From Octopus sinensis (Eukaryota): a stretch of 64,000 nucleotides of DNA. The stretch is taken from the NCBI RefSeq assembly GCF_006345805.1, contig NC_042998.1:84878001-84942000 (forward strand). The letters run 5' to 3'. Shown piece by piece: positions 1 through 12,447 of the stretch; within the stretch, counting starts at the first letter, position 1, and each line of letters starts with the position of its first letter. Position numbers and translations under genes: made by a program. A model generated the notes under the pieces. It saw only the letters and a list, made by a program, of their open reading frames with translations. It was not told where the DNA came from and did not search any database.

Positions 1-293
1 TCTTCACTCCTGCTCCAGAGCGTCGGCTGCGGGGTCATTCCGAAAAGCTCTACCTGCGACAATTTCATCTCAACCGAAGGAGAGGTGCTTTCTCTGTCCG
101 GGTTGCGGATCCGTGGAACAAGCTGCCAGACGAGATGGTGAAGATGCCGGCGACCGCTTTGTTCAAAGCCTCCCTTGACCTCAAGTGGCCCGAACTCTTT
201 ACATGAACACCACCCTGTACTTAACTCCATGTCCCCCTACATGGCTTTGCTATTTGCTTTTGAGCCAAATTAACTAACTAACTAACTAACTAA
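1..293 (+). mobile_element. 3' end of a CR1-type LINE (ORF2 C-terminus 3-206, 3'UTR, (TAAC)n tail); runs off the window start
   Basis: Frame from base 3 reads ...RGHSEKLYLRQFHLNRRRGAFSVRVADPWNKLP...KASLD*, the typical CR1/L2 ORF2 tail motif; (TAAC)n tail at ~270-293. Confidence 0.8.
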
Positions 294-734
294 TGGAGTG
301 TTAGGTAATAATCCAATTATGTAACCCTGTACTCATCAGAGGTAGCTGTTATGGAATGAAATATGGCAATGTTGGAGGTGAATAGACACATCCGGTTTAC
401 TGTTGCTGTGAAATAGATGATGAAACAAAATGAGTAGGGGATTGAGTTCAGAGTTATGTCCCTTACTACCAAAACATTGCCCCTGAGGTGGTTATGTTGC
501 AAGTTGGTAAGAATTCTCTGAAAAGTCTGTGGGAAATGTGTGTGTCCTTAAGGTTGGTGTTCTTGTGGAAATGGAATTTGTATAGTGGTATTATATCTAT
601 AAGTTTTGTAGTGGATGTGGGCATGCACATCTGTGTTCTATTATCATTTTAACATCCACTCTCCGATGCTATGTTGCATGGTTGTGAAACATGAGCTTTG
701 ACTTCAAGGGACTTGCAAAGGCATGAAAAAAATG

Positions 735-1315
735 AAGCTAGCATGCTCTGCTGGATGGGTAATGTCAGTCTGCTGGATGGGTAATATGACAGTGTGAGTG
801 ATTTTAGAGAAAAACTGGGTGCAAGAGGCATCAGGTGTTGTGTGCAAGAGAGAAAACTGTGCTGGTTTGGTCATGTGATGCATATGGATGAGGACAGCTG
901 CATAAAAAAGGGTACCTGTGGAAGGGATAGATCCATGAAGATGTGGGATGTAATGCTGAGAAGGGATCTTTGGAAGCTTGGGCCTCACTGAGGAAATGTC
1001 AAGGGACTGGGAGGTGTAGGGATTTGCTGTACTTGATAAGATGCATCAAGCTAAGTAAAATCATTGTCTTCCACACATCCAAGCTTCTCCTTTCAGGTGG
1101 TGGTGCCACTTAAAAAGCACTCATGGTGAAGCTGTGTTAACACACCTGTGCAGGTAGCACATAAAATGCACCCAGCACACTTTGTTAAGTGGCTGGCATT
1201 TGGAAGGGCATCTCACCATAGAAACCATACCACAACAGCCAGGTGGAGTCCGGACAGCTTCATACCAGCATGGAAAGCAAATGCTAAACAATGATGATGA
1301 TAATGATGATGATAT
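735..1315 (+). mobile_element. Degenerate RTE-type LINE 3' end (ORF2 C-terminus, 3'UTR, (GAT)n tail)
   Basis: ORF 794-991 has REKLGARGIRCCVQERKLCWFGHVMHMDEDS...WD..LRRDL, matching the RTE ORF2 C-terminal pattern; 3'UTR resembles the other (GAT)n-tailed copies in the window. Confidence 0.7.
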
Positions 1316-1384
1316 ATAATGATATATATAATTATGATATATTGTTACATCATTCAAAGCTTAGGTAAACTTTGTCACCCACTC

Positions 1385-1531
1385 ACTCACTCTCTTTCTT
1401 TCTCTCTCTCTTTCTCTCTCTCTCTTTTGCTCTCGCTCTCTCTCTCTCTCTCTCTCTCTTGCTCTCTCTCTCTTGCTCTCTCTCTCTCTCTCTCTCCCTA
1501 TCTTTCTCTCTCTGTTGCTCTCTCTCTCTCT
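1385..1531. repeat. (CT)n microsatellite
   Basis: Direct reading. Confidence 0.95.
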
Positions 1532-1916
1532 CCACACAAAAATGGAACTCATTTTGGCACCAAAACTTGTAAAGGGAAAATGATTTAGCTTTTCGAATCT
1601 ATTCTGCAATCTGGGATTATTATATATATTATATCCAGTGATTTTAAGAGGTAGGAAAAAGATATTTTTGTTTTAACATTACTTCATTTCACATGCAAAA
1701 ACTCTAACGTGTATTTTTTAGATGAATTTATCGTTTGTTATCTCTCTACACACTTCGTTACCACTAACTTCTATAACCTCTGCATTTTCACTTATTCATT
1801 TCAAACGTCTTTGAATTTTCAATCTAATGTAATCCACACTCTCTTGAAAACATATTTCTGCAAAATGTTATCTAAAATTATGGATAAAGAAAGAAATAGC
1901 AAAAATTATTTGAAAA

Positions 1917-2500
1917 TGGGGGTGGGGGTGAGATTTCCAAGGGTTCCACCCCTTCCTATCCCATTTTCTGAACCCAAACAAGGGTTTTGTAGCATACTAC
2001 GAGGTCATTGGAATTCATTCATTGAATGAAAAAAAATAATGATTTCCAGTGATTCCAGGATATGATGTGGGGGGGGGTCCGGTTTTCCACCCCACCCCTA
2101 TTTTTCCAAACAAAAATAAGGGGTTTGCAGCATATTAGGGGGTCAGGGTACTTGATTCCAATAAAAAAAAATCTGAGTTTTTTTTTCTTAGTGAAAATCG
2201 TGTAGGCAAAAAGATCAATGGGGGTGAGGGGTGAAATTTCCAAGACTTCCATCTGACCCCACCCTATTTTCCGAACCCAAAAAAAGGGTTTTGTAGCATA
2301 TTAGATCACCGGAATTCATTCAATGGAAAAAAAAAATCCCAATGATTTCGGGATATGCTGCCCCACTCCACCCCCTATCCTGTTTTTCAAAACAAAAATA
2401 AGGGGTTTGCTGCACATTCGGAGGTCAGGGTACTTGAGTCTATGCAAAAAATATGAGTTTTTTTTTCTTAGTGAAAATCGTGTGGGTGAAAGAATCAAAA
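1917..2500. repeat. Two diverged tandem ~300-bp units, each made of two ~150-bp subunits
   Basis: Motif ccacc(c)ctat..ttcc.aac.caaa.aaggg.tttg.agcata recurs near 1947, 2086, 2258 and 2369; tcttagtgaaaatcgtgt recurs at ~2187 and ~2466. Confidence 0.7.
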
Positions 2501-3624
2501 TTTACCAATTATACTACCCTTTATCTTTTCCTTAATTTTCTGTAGACAGGCTTGACCCACAATTGATCAGACATCTCATGTCAGACAATAGGCAAGCAAG
2601 CAGGCACCTCACCAGACCATAAGCAAGTAGCCTAAGATATTCTCAAGTCCAATGGCATTGCTTTTGTCAAAGTTTTCACGGACAAGGAACATCTGGTGAG
2701 TAACAAGACAAGTTGTGTTGGAGGAAGTGATTGCTGGCAGTTGCTTCAATCAACTTCCGAGAAGTTAGAAATGAGAGCAACAGATTGACAATTGTAGGGT
2801 GACAGTTATTCTGTAGATTTTAACAAAAAAAAAAAGAAGAGAAGACAAAAAAAAAGAAAGGGGAAAAAAGGAAGCTGCACGTATAATACATAACTTAAAA
2901 GCAACACTATGGATGTACCAGCACACACGAGATTGAGACATGGCCGACCTCATGCACACTTCTCATGAGGAATTCCAGAAGGAGCGTCGTGAGACCACTG
3001 CTGAGAAGCTTCCAAAAAATAAAAAAGAAAAGCTGTTAGAAAACCGATTAAAGCAGCGACTCCTCCTAAGAATATCTGAAGAAGGAATATTATTCTGAAA
3101 TATCATATCAGACTATGGATGGCTAAATTACAACAGGTACATAGCCCATTGTCTGTATTATAGTGCATTGTTATACCATTCAAATTTTTTTATTCTTTAC
3201 AAACAATACACAATGCTTCAAGTGAACTACAATACTCTCCACACTGTGATGTGTTTCAAAAGATCAGGAAAGATCAATGGAGGATGAGAGACAGACATTC
3301 ACCCAGATATTTGTGCATGTAAAGAATAGATAGATAAATAGATAAGCCATGGTGACCTGTGTACTTCAATGACTGAGAGCTATGCTAGTGGAGCCAACGC
3401 TCTTGGCAGGACCTCAATAATCAAAGGATAGAAACAACACTAATATGGAGCACCTCTTTCCTAGAGATAAAAATGAATTTGGGTGGGGCCAACAGCCCCT
3501 ACCTAGAAAAAAGCAAAGTTACAGAAGCATTGATGATAATTAAAAAAATATGCACCCCTCATAAAGCCACCTCTCTCTCTACTGCAGCCCCTTTCAGCTG
3601 AAGGGGATCTTAATCTTACAGACT

Positions 3625-4000
3625 GCATAGTGACCTCACTGGTGCTGGTGCTATAAAAAAAAAATCTAGTACACACTGTAAAGTGGTTAGCATTAGGAAG
3701 AGCATCCAGCTATTGAAACTGTACCAAAGTAGAGAGTGGAGTACGATACAATCTTGGAACCCAGTCAAATCATCCAACCCATGCCAGCATGGAACATGGA
3801 TGTGAAATGATGATGATAAAAATACTCTCTGAATGGGTCGGTATTAAAAAGGGCATCTAACAATAATAAAAAAAAATATCAAGTCAAAAATAAAACTTAT
3901 TAGTTAGAAGTGGTTCTCAGCAACATCTAGGAAAATTAGCAACAACCCATTTAACACATGCCAGCATGGTAAGCAGATGTAAAAAGATGATGATAAAGAT
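3625..4000 (+). mobile_element. Two decayed RTE 3'UTR remnants ending in (GAT)n
   Basis: ccaacccatgccagcatgga...gatgatgat ends at ~3815 and ~3995, similar to the RTE tails elsewhere. Confidence 0.5.
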
Positions 4001-4080
4001 TTATAGCATATTATATTATTATATATAAATTTTCTAATCTTTCAAAATCTTTTGTTTTGTGCTTCACAGAATATTCATTG

Positions 4081-4397
4081 CAGCGTGGAAGGTGTTTGTA
4101 AGCCATTTAAGAAACACACAAAAGCTGTTTGATTCACTTCAACATTTAAGTTTAATTTGTCAAAATATTTTCGTCGCTAAAATCCGTGACCTGTTCACTG
4201 CAGCACGGATTTTTGTCAGTGAAAAGGTCGCGGATTTTAGCGACGAAAATATTTTGACAAGTTAAACTTAAATGTTGAAGTGAATCGAACGGCTTTTGTG
4301 TGTTTCTTAAATGGCTTACAAACACCTTCCACGCTGCAATTGTTTTTGTTTCAGCACACGATCTCAGATCAAATCACTTGCTATGCGAGTACATCTC
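4081..4397. mobile_element. Penelope-like non-coding insertion forming a long fold-back, with hammerhead-like motifs
   Basis: Inverted arms of ~120 bp (4078-4200 / ~4217-4340); 14-bp direct repeat CAGAATATTCATTG at 4067-4080 and 4398-4411; hammerhead-like motifs at 4157-4200(-) and 4213-4260(+). Confidence 0.7.
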
Positions 4398-5719
4398 CAG
4401 AATATTCATTGATTGATTGATTTAATTAAGATGTTCCCTCAAATAGTGTTCTTATTTCAGGGCCATATTTATCATATTTATGTCATAATAGCTATAATTA
4501 CACTAACACTATATTTTTCTATTATAATTCTTTATACTTTTGGAACAAGGCCTGACATTAGATCAACCTCAGCGCTCATTTGGTACTTATTTTACTGACT
4601 CTAATAGGATGAAAGGTAAAGCTGAGCCCAGTAGATTTGAACTCAGAATGTAAAACCAGAAGAAATGATGCAAAGCATGTTAATAATTCTGCTACCTCAC
4701 TGCCTAACATCTATTATAATGGAAATAATTACTCTCCACCAATTAAAATAGTAAAAACATAGTAACATATCCCACTAATAATGTTAATTCTCTCTCTCTC
4801 TCTCTCTCTTTTACAAGGGAAGTAATCCTATCATTACAGGAGACATTAAGGAATATTCCCCAAAAAGAAAACTTAAATTCTGATCTATGTATGCTGTGAC
4901 TTGCAGTCAATAACATTAATACTTTAGGGTCCAGCACATTCATTCTCCTGGGGTCTAGAATGCTGCTAAGATGGCTCTAGGACCCTGTGCATTGCTTTAC
5001 CAGCAGGATGTAGCAGTTATAATGCTGTTAAGCTGGTGTTAGTTATGGGTGTGTGTGAAAATGACAAGGTGTGAAGAAGTGAATTTGGGTGGAGCCTGTA
5101 TACATCTAAATTATTCGTTGTGATAACTTAACATTAAAAACTGTGTTAATAATGAATGAAAAGTATTACCAAACATTCTACATTTCTCTTCTATTCCATA
5201 TTGTTTTAGTATACAGATTAATGAAATAATCTGTATACTGAAGAGAAAGAATGTATTTTATACAAATACTGATAACCTTAAGATGTATGTAATGTCATTC
5301 TGAGAAGAAAAACTATGGTCATTAATAATCTTCTTATGGTAATCTTACATTGATCCTGATAGGAAACTGAGATGTTTGCTTTATACTTTAATGATGTGAA
5401 TGAGAACATTCTTTATTTAAGATGAAGTCTTCTAAACCAGCTAATTTCTTCTGCATTTCTGCAGTTTCAAAAAGATAACATAAACCAAAGAAAAAGGTAA
5501 AAGTATATTGTACATAAAATACAAAGTATGCAATAAATTTGAACACATGCATGTATCTTTCTTTTATTTTTTTACTTACTTCAGTCTTTTGACTGTGGCT
5601 ATGCTTAGGCATTGCTTTGAAGAAATTTTAGTTGAATAAATCAACCCCAGGGATTATTTTTTAAACCTGGTACTTATTCAGTTGGTTTCTTTTGCTGAAC
5701 CACTAAGTTATGATATATG

Positions 5720-5757
<38 letters not shown>

Positions 5758-6763
5758 AAATTGGAGCAAATAATTCATGAGAAAAAAATAATTCACGAAA
5801 AAATAATTTACAAAGATATCATTGACTCTGTATTATCTAGTGTAACAATTAAAATAAAAAAAATTATAATAACAGAATCAATAATATAGGCAATTGTAGG
5901 CCCAATAAAGGCATTAAATAACTAAAGGATTAAAATTAATCAAAGGACACACTGAATATGTCTACAAAATTGCCAAAATACACTGATAATAACTACAGAA
6001 ATCAACGATCCAAAGGTAAATGGGCTAAGACAATCCCCCAGCATACATTCAAGTACTTGGACTCACATGGACTGGTTTCTTCACTGGCATAATAACCTCA
6101 GTTTTCTCAGCACACATTACTATGATAGTTGAAATTTATAGAAAAACAAAAGACAAAAACAGGTGTATGAACAATAAGCAGGTGTATTAATTTGATGCTT
6201 GGGAAAGTGAAAAAGTCTTTCGTGTTTTGATCCTATGCTCTTCAACAGGAAGGAATCAGAGAAAATAAACAGAGAGAATAAAAAAAAACTTGTGAATTTA
6301 GTGAGGAGTCCAGTACTGAAAAGAGATAGAAATAGCTTGAAACCAGGCTGGTCTGCTCGTCCCATCACTAGAAAGTGGTAGGGGTTTGCTCCGCTGCTTG
6401 CAATACATTGGATGCAGTCGTGCATTGTTAACCAGCTAGAGGATATGTCCTCTTGGGGTTAAAAAATTGCAGTAAAGTCTGTTCAAATGGTCTGTTCAAA
6501 TGTTGAAGTGGCTACGAACATTACTTGTTAGTAGAACTCTTGCATTGATCTCTTAGAGAGATTTTTGAACTAGCATTTTTGCTTGTTGCCAAATCAGCAA
6601 CTGTGTGTCGCTTGAAATTGTATATATTGAGAACGGAAGTGAGCTACTGCTATCTCTAGCAGATGAGGTGTCCAGTAAAGTCCATTCAGATGGATAGCCA
6701 TGTTGAAGTGGCTACAAACATTATATATATATTAATGTATATTTATATTAATATATATATTTA

Positions 6764-6841
6764 AGGTGCAGACGTGGCTGTGTGGTAAGAAACTTGCTTC
6801 CTAACCACATGGTTCTAGGTTCAGTCCCACTGCATGGCACC
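6764..6841 (+). mobile_element. tRNA-derived SINE family A, head only
   Basis: Matches the 5' head of the complete copy at 48240-48635. Confidence 0.7.
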
Positions 6842-7348
6842 ACTGAACAAAATTAATATCCAAAAAACCAGTACTTCTGAATTTATACATACGAGTTAGG
6901 GCTCGCACCTTCTCGGTGGCACTTGGTTGAATAAATTATTTTGATTACTAGTGCTCTCAAATTTATGATTGAAATACTATACTGATGACTGAAATAAGGT
7001 TTGAGTTATTTTACATATCTTTAATCCAGAGACGTGTATATAGTTAATCAAAGCCAGGTGGATTCATTATTTTTTTTCTCTGAGTTGTGAGTATTGCTGT
7101 CTGGGAGATATCTTATGGTAGTAGAATAGTATTTAACTGCTCTTTCTAAACTTCGGTATGTGGTGAAGCAATTTTATTAAACCCTAATTATAATTATGTT
7201 TATAATTATAATAATTTTTTTATAAGTTTACCGATAATGGTTCTTTTAACATACCGAACTACTTGGTAAGATTATTAATTATAAATTGATTAATTAATTT
7301 TACCCTTTATTATTATTGATAATATATATATATCTGATATATATATAT

Positions 7349-7384
<36 letters not shown>

Positions 7385-7385
<1 letters not shown>

Positions 7386-7528
7386 CATTATCATCATCAT
7401 CATTTAGCGTCCGTTTTCCATGCTAGCATGGGTTGGACGGTTTAACTGGGGTCTGTGAAGCTGGAAGGCTTCATCAGGCCCAGTCAGATTTGGCAGTGTT
7501 TCTACGGCTGGATGCCCTTCCTAACGCC
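7385..7528 (-). mobile_element. RTE 3' terminal fragment
   Basis: (CAT)n followed by ttagcgtccgttttccatgctagcatgggttggacgg, as at 9632 and 10500. Confidence 0.8.
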
Positions 7529-7547
7529 ATATGTATATATATATATA

Positions 7548-7918
7548 ACTCTGAGCACCTTTTCAAACTCCACCCGTCTAACACCCGTGGACATATTTAC
7601 AAAGTCAGAAAACAGCACAGCTCCCATGACTTTAAGAAACATTTTTTCACTCTAAGAGTTGCTGAAGCATGGTACAAACTGCCAGCATCAGTTGTTAGTT
7701 GTCGGAGCACTGCATCCTTCAAAACTTCCATGCTTCCTGAGATTCGCCAACACTACACCTGATTTTCTCCCCTCCATACACACGCAAGCATGTATCTGAC
7801 TCATACACTGTTCACTTTCCAGACATTTGTACATTACTGCATATACTTTATACGCCCTTTCTGACAAGTTGTAGTACACCTGAGCACTGTATACAATAAT
7901 TTCATTATTATTATTATT
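7548..7918 (+). mobile_element. 5'-truncated CR1-type LINE 3' end, same family as 12448-14121
   Basis: Near-identical to 13778-14121 (EHLFKLHPSNTRGH...RVAEAW, 3'UTR, (ATT)n tail). Confidence 0.9.
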
Positions 7919-8288
7919 TATTATATATACATATATATGCATATATATATACATATATGTACATACTTACATATATATGTATATGCATACACATATATGG
8001 GTACAGGACGTCAAAGATTATAGCCGAGACGATAGTTATGGAGCCATTGCAGATTTCCGATATAACGGATAACAATTATATATACATACACACACAACAC
8101 ACCACACACACACACACACACACACACACTTAATATATAGCTGAAGCAACAAAGTGATTCAAAGACCGACAGTTTCGTGAATTGTCACTTATGAACACAA
8201 CACAGCCTGGTCCGGTAATCAAACTCATAACCGCATGATTGTAAGCCTGACGCTCTAACCACTGAGGCATGCACCTTCAATATATATA

Positions 8289-9563
8289 CACAGACATGCA
8301 GGAAGTAAATAGACACCTTTAATTATCAAAATTTCTGATCTACGTGTTTTAATATGTTTTCAGCAGTGTAGAATTTACAATGTAATTATTCTTTTTCATT
8401 CCAGGTGCCATTATATTAAACATTTGTGAAGAGTAACCATGCCATGCACAAAATATTTAGAAGAACTGTCAGATTTTCAAAGAGGTCGTATTGTTGGGAA
8501 ATCTGAGGCTGGTCTTAGCCAGCGAAAAATTGCTGAAAATCTTCAAATTCCTCTTGCTACTGTTAATAGAATTATAGTGCAATTCAAAAGCCAAGGAAAA
8601 GAATCAACAGATTCTTGTCCTGGCTGACCTGGACTCTTGGAAAGGAAGCTTCGCTGTTTGAAGAGAATTGTGGAAAACGAATCCCATTCGAAGGCTTCTG
8701 AGATTGCAAAACAGCTAGAAGTTAGTCCAAGACTGTGTTACATACCTGCATAAGCTTGGGTATTATGAACGAGCAGCTAGAAGAAAACCTCTCCTTCAAC
8801 CAATTAATATCATGAAAAGAAAGAAATGGGTTAAGGAGATGTCAGAAAAATCCAGTTCATTTTGGGATAGAGTGATTTTCTCAGATGAATCCAGATTTGC
8901 ATTATTTTCAGACAGTGGACGTGTTTGGGTCTGGAGGCTTCTCAATTCAGAATTTGCTTTGAAACGACTCCAACCAACTGTGAAACATGGTAGTTTCTCT
9001 GTAATGGTATGGGGAGCTGTCACCAGCAATTGTCGTTCTGAGCTGATCGAATGCGTTGGAACCATAAACTCTGAAAAATACATCGAAATACTTAAGCGAG
9101 GACTACTTCCGATGTATTCACATGATAAAATAACGAAAAATGAGGTTTTATTCATGGAAGATGGGGCTCCATGCCACACAGTGAAAAAGAATCAACAATG
9201 GCTGATTGAAAATGAGATCATAAAGCTTCCTTGGCTGAGCCAATCTCTTGACATGAACCCAATTGAAAATCTTTGAAGCATGCTAGATAGAGCTGTATGA
9301 AAAACTAGACAGAAACCTAAATCTAAAGATGAATTGTTTTGATTGTTGCGTGAAAAGTGGGCAGAAATTCCACAAGAGACAATCACAAAGCTCATCAGTT
9401 CAATGCCAAAAAGAGATTCTGAATTAAAAACTGCAACAAGAATGTCGACCAAATACTAAAGTATGTAGTCCTACCTATCGATTACAATTCTATTGTTCAC
9501 TTTGCATATTAAATTAAAGATTTTGAAAATTAAAGGTGTCTATCTACTTCCTGCATGTCTGTG
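8289..9563 (+). mobile_element. Full-length Tc1-family DNA transposon (DD34E), defective
   Basis: TIRs CACAGACATGCAGGAAGTA(A/G)ATAGACACCTTTAATT at both ends, TA at the left flank; transposase relics described in the next feature. Confidence 0.92.
8439..9459 (+). pseudogene. Tc1 transposase pseudogene
   Basis: HTH N-terminus ([12 protein letters not shown]...SQRKIA), FSDESRF, VMVWG, EDGAPCH, 34 residues, then MNPIE; in-frame stops at 8625 and 9274 plus frameshifts. Confidence 0.9.
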
Positions 9564-9631
9564 TTTGTGTGTGTGTGTGTATGTGTGTGTGTGTGTATGT
9601 GTGTGTGTGTGTATGTGTGTGTGTGTGTGTG

Positions 9632-10075
9632 TATCATCATCATCATCATCATCATCATTTAACGTCCGCTTTCCATGCTAGCATGGGTTGGACGGTTCAA
9701 CTGGGGTCTGGGGAGCCCGAAGGCTGCACCAGTCCAGTCAGATCTGGCAGTGTTTCTACAGCTGGATGCCCTTCCTAACGCCAACCACTCCCAGAGTGTA
9801 GTGGGTGATTTTATGTGCCACCGACACAGGTGCCAGACGAGGCTGGCAAACGGCCACGCTCGGATGGTGTTTTTTATGTGCCACCGACACAGGTGCCAGA
9901 CGAGGCTGGCAGACGGCCATGCTCGGATGGTGTTTTTATGTGCCACCGACACAGGTGCCAGATGAGGCTGGCAAACGGCCACGATCGGATGGTGTTTGTT
10001 ACGTGCCCACAGCACGGAGGCCAGTCGATGCGGTTCTGGCTACGGCCACGTTCGGATGGTTTTCTTGTGTGCCAC
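9632..10075 (-). mobile_element. RTE 3'UTR fragment containing three ~62-bp tandem units
   Basis: (CAT)n tail at left; unit atgtgccaccgacacaggtgccagacgaggctggcaaacggccacgctcggatggtg starts at 9813, 9876 and 9938. Confidence 0.8.
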
Positions 10076-10499
10076 ATATATATATATATATTGATCAAAG
10101 GACATACTGAGTATGTCTACCTGCTGAATAAACAGTCAAAACTCTTATTTAAGCGACCGCTGAAAAAATAACACTGATAGTAATTACAGAAATCAACCGT
10201 CTGCGAGCATATGGGTTAAGAAAATCATTCGACATACCAATATAGCATCCAGCTACATATTTTCTGGTATTTGGACTCATGTGGACCAGTTTCTGGACTG
10301 GCTTTATAGCCTCACCTTCTTCAATGTGTTGATTAATATAAATTTTAATCCTTCAGCTATTTAATCCTTTTTGGTGGGTCTGCAATCACCTCTATTATTA
10401 ATTCTGATATCATCAATTTAATTATTTTATCCTAGATAATAATAGAGTTAACGATATCTTCGCAAATATTTTCTGCTGAATTATTTGCTCCATATTGGA

Positions 10500-11102
10500 A
10501 TTATCATCATCATCATCATCATCGTCGTTTAGCGTCCACTTTCCATGCTGGCATGGGTTGGACGGTTCAACTGGGGTCTGGGAAGCCAGAAGGCTGCACC
10601 AGGCCCAGTCTGATCTGGCAATGTTTCTACTGCTGGATGCCCACCCTCACGCCAACCACTCCATGAGTATAGTGGGTATTTTTTACATGCCATTGGCACA
10701 AGTGCCAGACGAGGCTGGCAAACGGCCACGGTCGGATGGTACTTTTCACGTGCCACCGGCACGGAGACCAGGTGAGGCTGGCAACGGCCATGATTGGATG
10801 GTGCTTTTTATGAGCCACTGGCATGGTGCCAGTCAGGGCGTCATTGGCACAGCCACGTTCAGATGGTTCTCTTATGTGCCACCGGCACTGGTATCACAGC
10901 TACAATTTCCATTGATGTTGATCGATTACGATTTTGATTTTACTTGCCTCAACAGGTCTTCACAAGTAGGGTTTTGTGTCCCAAGAAGGAAAAGTATGCA
11001 TAGGTGGACTGAGGCCATGGGTTATGGTCTCACTTGTCCTGCCGGGTCTTCTCACGCAAGCATACTTCCAAAGGTCTTGATCTCTAGTCATTTCCTCGTG
11101 AG
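10500..11102 (-). mobile_element. RTE 3' end including the last ORF2 codons
   Basis: Minus strand reads ...EEMTRDQDLWKYACVRRPG, then 3'UTR and (GAT)n tail. Confidence 0.8.
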
Positions 11103-11105
11103 ACC

Positions 11106-11178
<73 letters not shown>

Positions 11179-11204
11179 CAATTCACACTCGCATGCTCGC
11201 ATTC

Positions 11205-11470
11205 TCTTGTTGGGATCACTAGCACTATCATTATCTCCCTTTCATTCAACCTCCTTTTTTATCATTATCTCCCTTTCATTCAACCTCCTTTTTTTTATCA
11301 TTATCTCCCTTTCTTTCAACCTCTTTTATCCCAATCATTCGCCATGTTGGACTGCTGAATTCTACACGTTGTTCACATTCTCTCTCTGTTTATTTCCTCT
11401 TATTCCTTTCTGCTGAAGCGCATTGGCTCGAAACATAAGAGGCTTTTTCATTTTTCCTTTTGTTTTTCTA
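11205..11470 (+). mobile_element. Possible decayed Penelope-like pLTR fragment with internal ~40-bp repeats
   Basis: tatcattatctccctttcattcaacctc occurs three times; degenerate hammerhead-like ctgctgaagcgcattggctcgaaacat at ~11411-11437. Confidence 0.35.
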
Positions 11471-12447
11471 TAAATTTCAACTATATATATATATACAGTG
11501 GCGGACTGGCCAGGTTGCCAGCTTGCCCGATGTTACCTACCTACCTACATACCTACATACATGCATGTATGCATGTATGTAGGTATGTATGTAGGTAGGT
11601 AGATAGGCATGTAGGTAGGTAGGTAGGTAGTTGGAGATGTATATATGTATGTATGCATGCATGTATGTATTCCTGGTCCAGGAATTGAAACCACAATCTA
11701 ATGATCATGGATCCAACACCCTAACCACTAAGCTCCCACTTTTATTTTTTTAGCTAAACATCACTTATCCTTTATACTTATATAGATCATTGACTCACAA
11801 GTCTATCACATACTTCAATAGTATTTTGTCTCTGTGTCGGAGACAGCTTCAATATATTCAATATATATCATATTTCCTTCGCTCTCATTTAAGATTTCTA
11901 AACGGAAATTCATCTCAATTTTGAATTCCTGTTCACTAAAAGTATTTTTAAAACCTACCTTAATGGGAGTCACTGTCCTTGCAAACATTTACTTGTACAT
12001 TCAATGATGTCATATAAGTTTCCTGTTTCCTTACTTTAACATTATGAACTTCCAGTACTGGTTTTGAAAACTATTTTAAAAATCTCAATGATTTCTACTT
12101 TAAATCAAATCCAATGTGAGAGGGCTCCCCCAACCTGGGCTGCCTGCATGTTGGCTATTTGAGATATCATTAAAGGAAGTGATACAAAATTATTATCTTT
12201 TTCTTAAAAATAACTTTGTTCTCTGAGGCTCATCAAGAGCTGTATCATTACTCAGGTTTGTATATAGCTCGATTAAAAAATAAATATATCAATTAGAAAA
12301 CTGTCTTTTTCATCTTATCACCAGTTTTGAAAACAAAAGCATTAAAAAATACTGTCTTTGATATACTGTGCCTGGAGATGGAGTTAGGGGAGAAAGTTGG
12401 GTTGATAACATCTGAAGGCCATTAGATCACCAAAATGTTCCATCATC

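Noticed and set aside
2547-2695. Exon-like segment with a pyrimidine-tract/AG acceptor and a GTGAGT donor
   Set aside because: Stops in all three frames and no other support; at most a non-coding exon.
5940-6115. Diverged repeat shared with ~10093-10325
   Set aside because: Similarity is visible but no termini, TSD or motif allow classification.
9811-9997. Resemblance of CCAGCCUCGUCUGGC to the HDV ribozyme P3/L3
   Set aside because: No P1 partner, P1.1 or J4/2 could be placed; it is a simple hairpin. The periodic units are also not CRISPR-like because there are no unique spacers.
10495-11358. 287-aa ORF
   Set aside because: Antisense read-through of an RTE 3'UTR and microsatellites.
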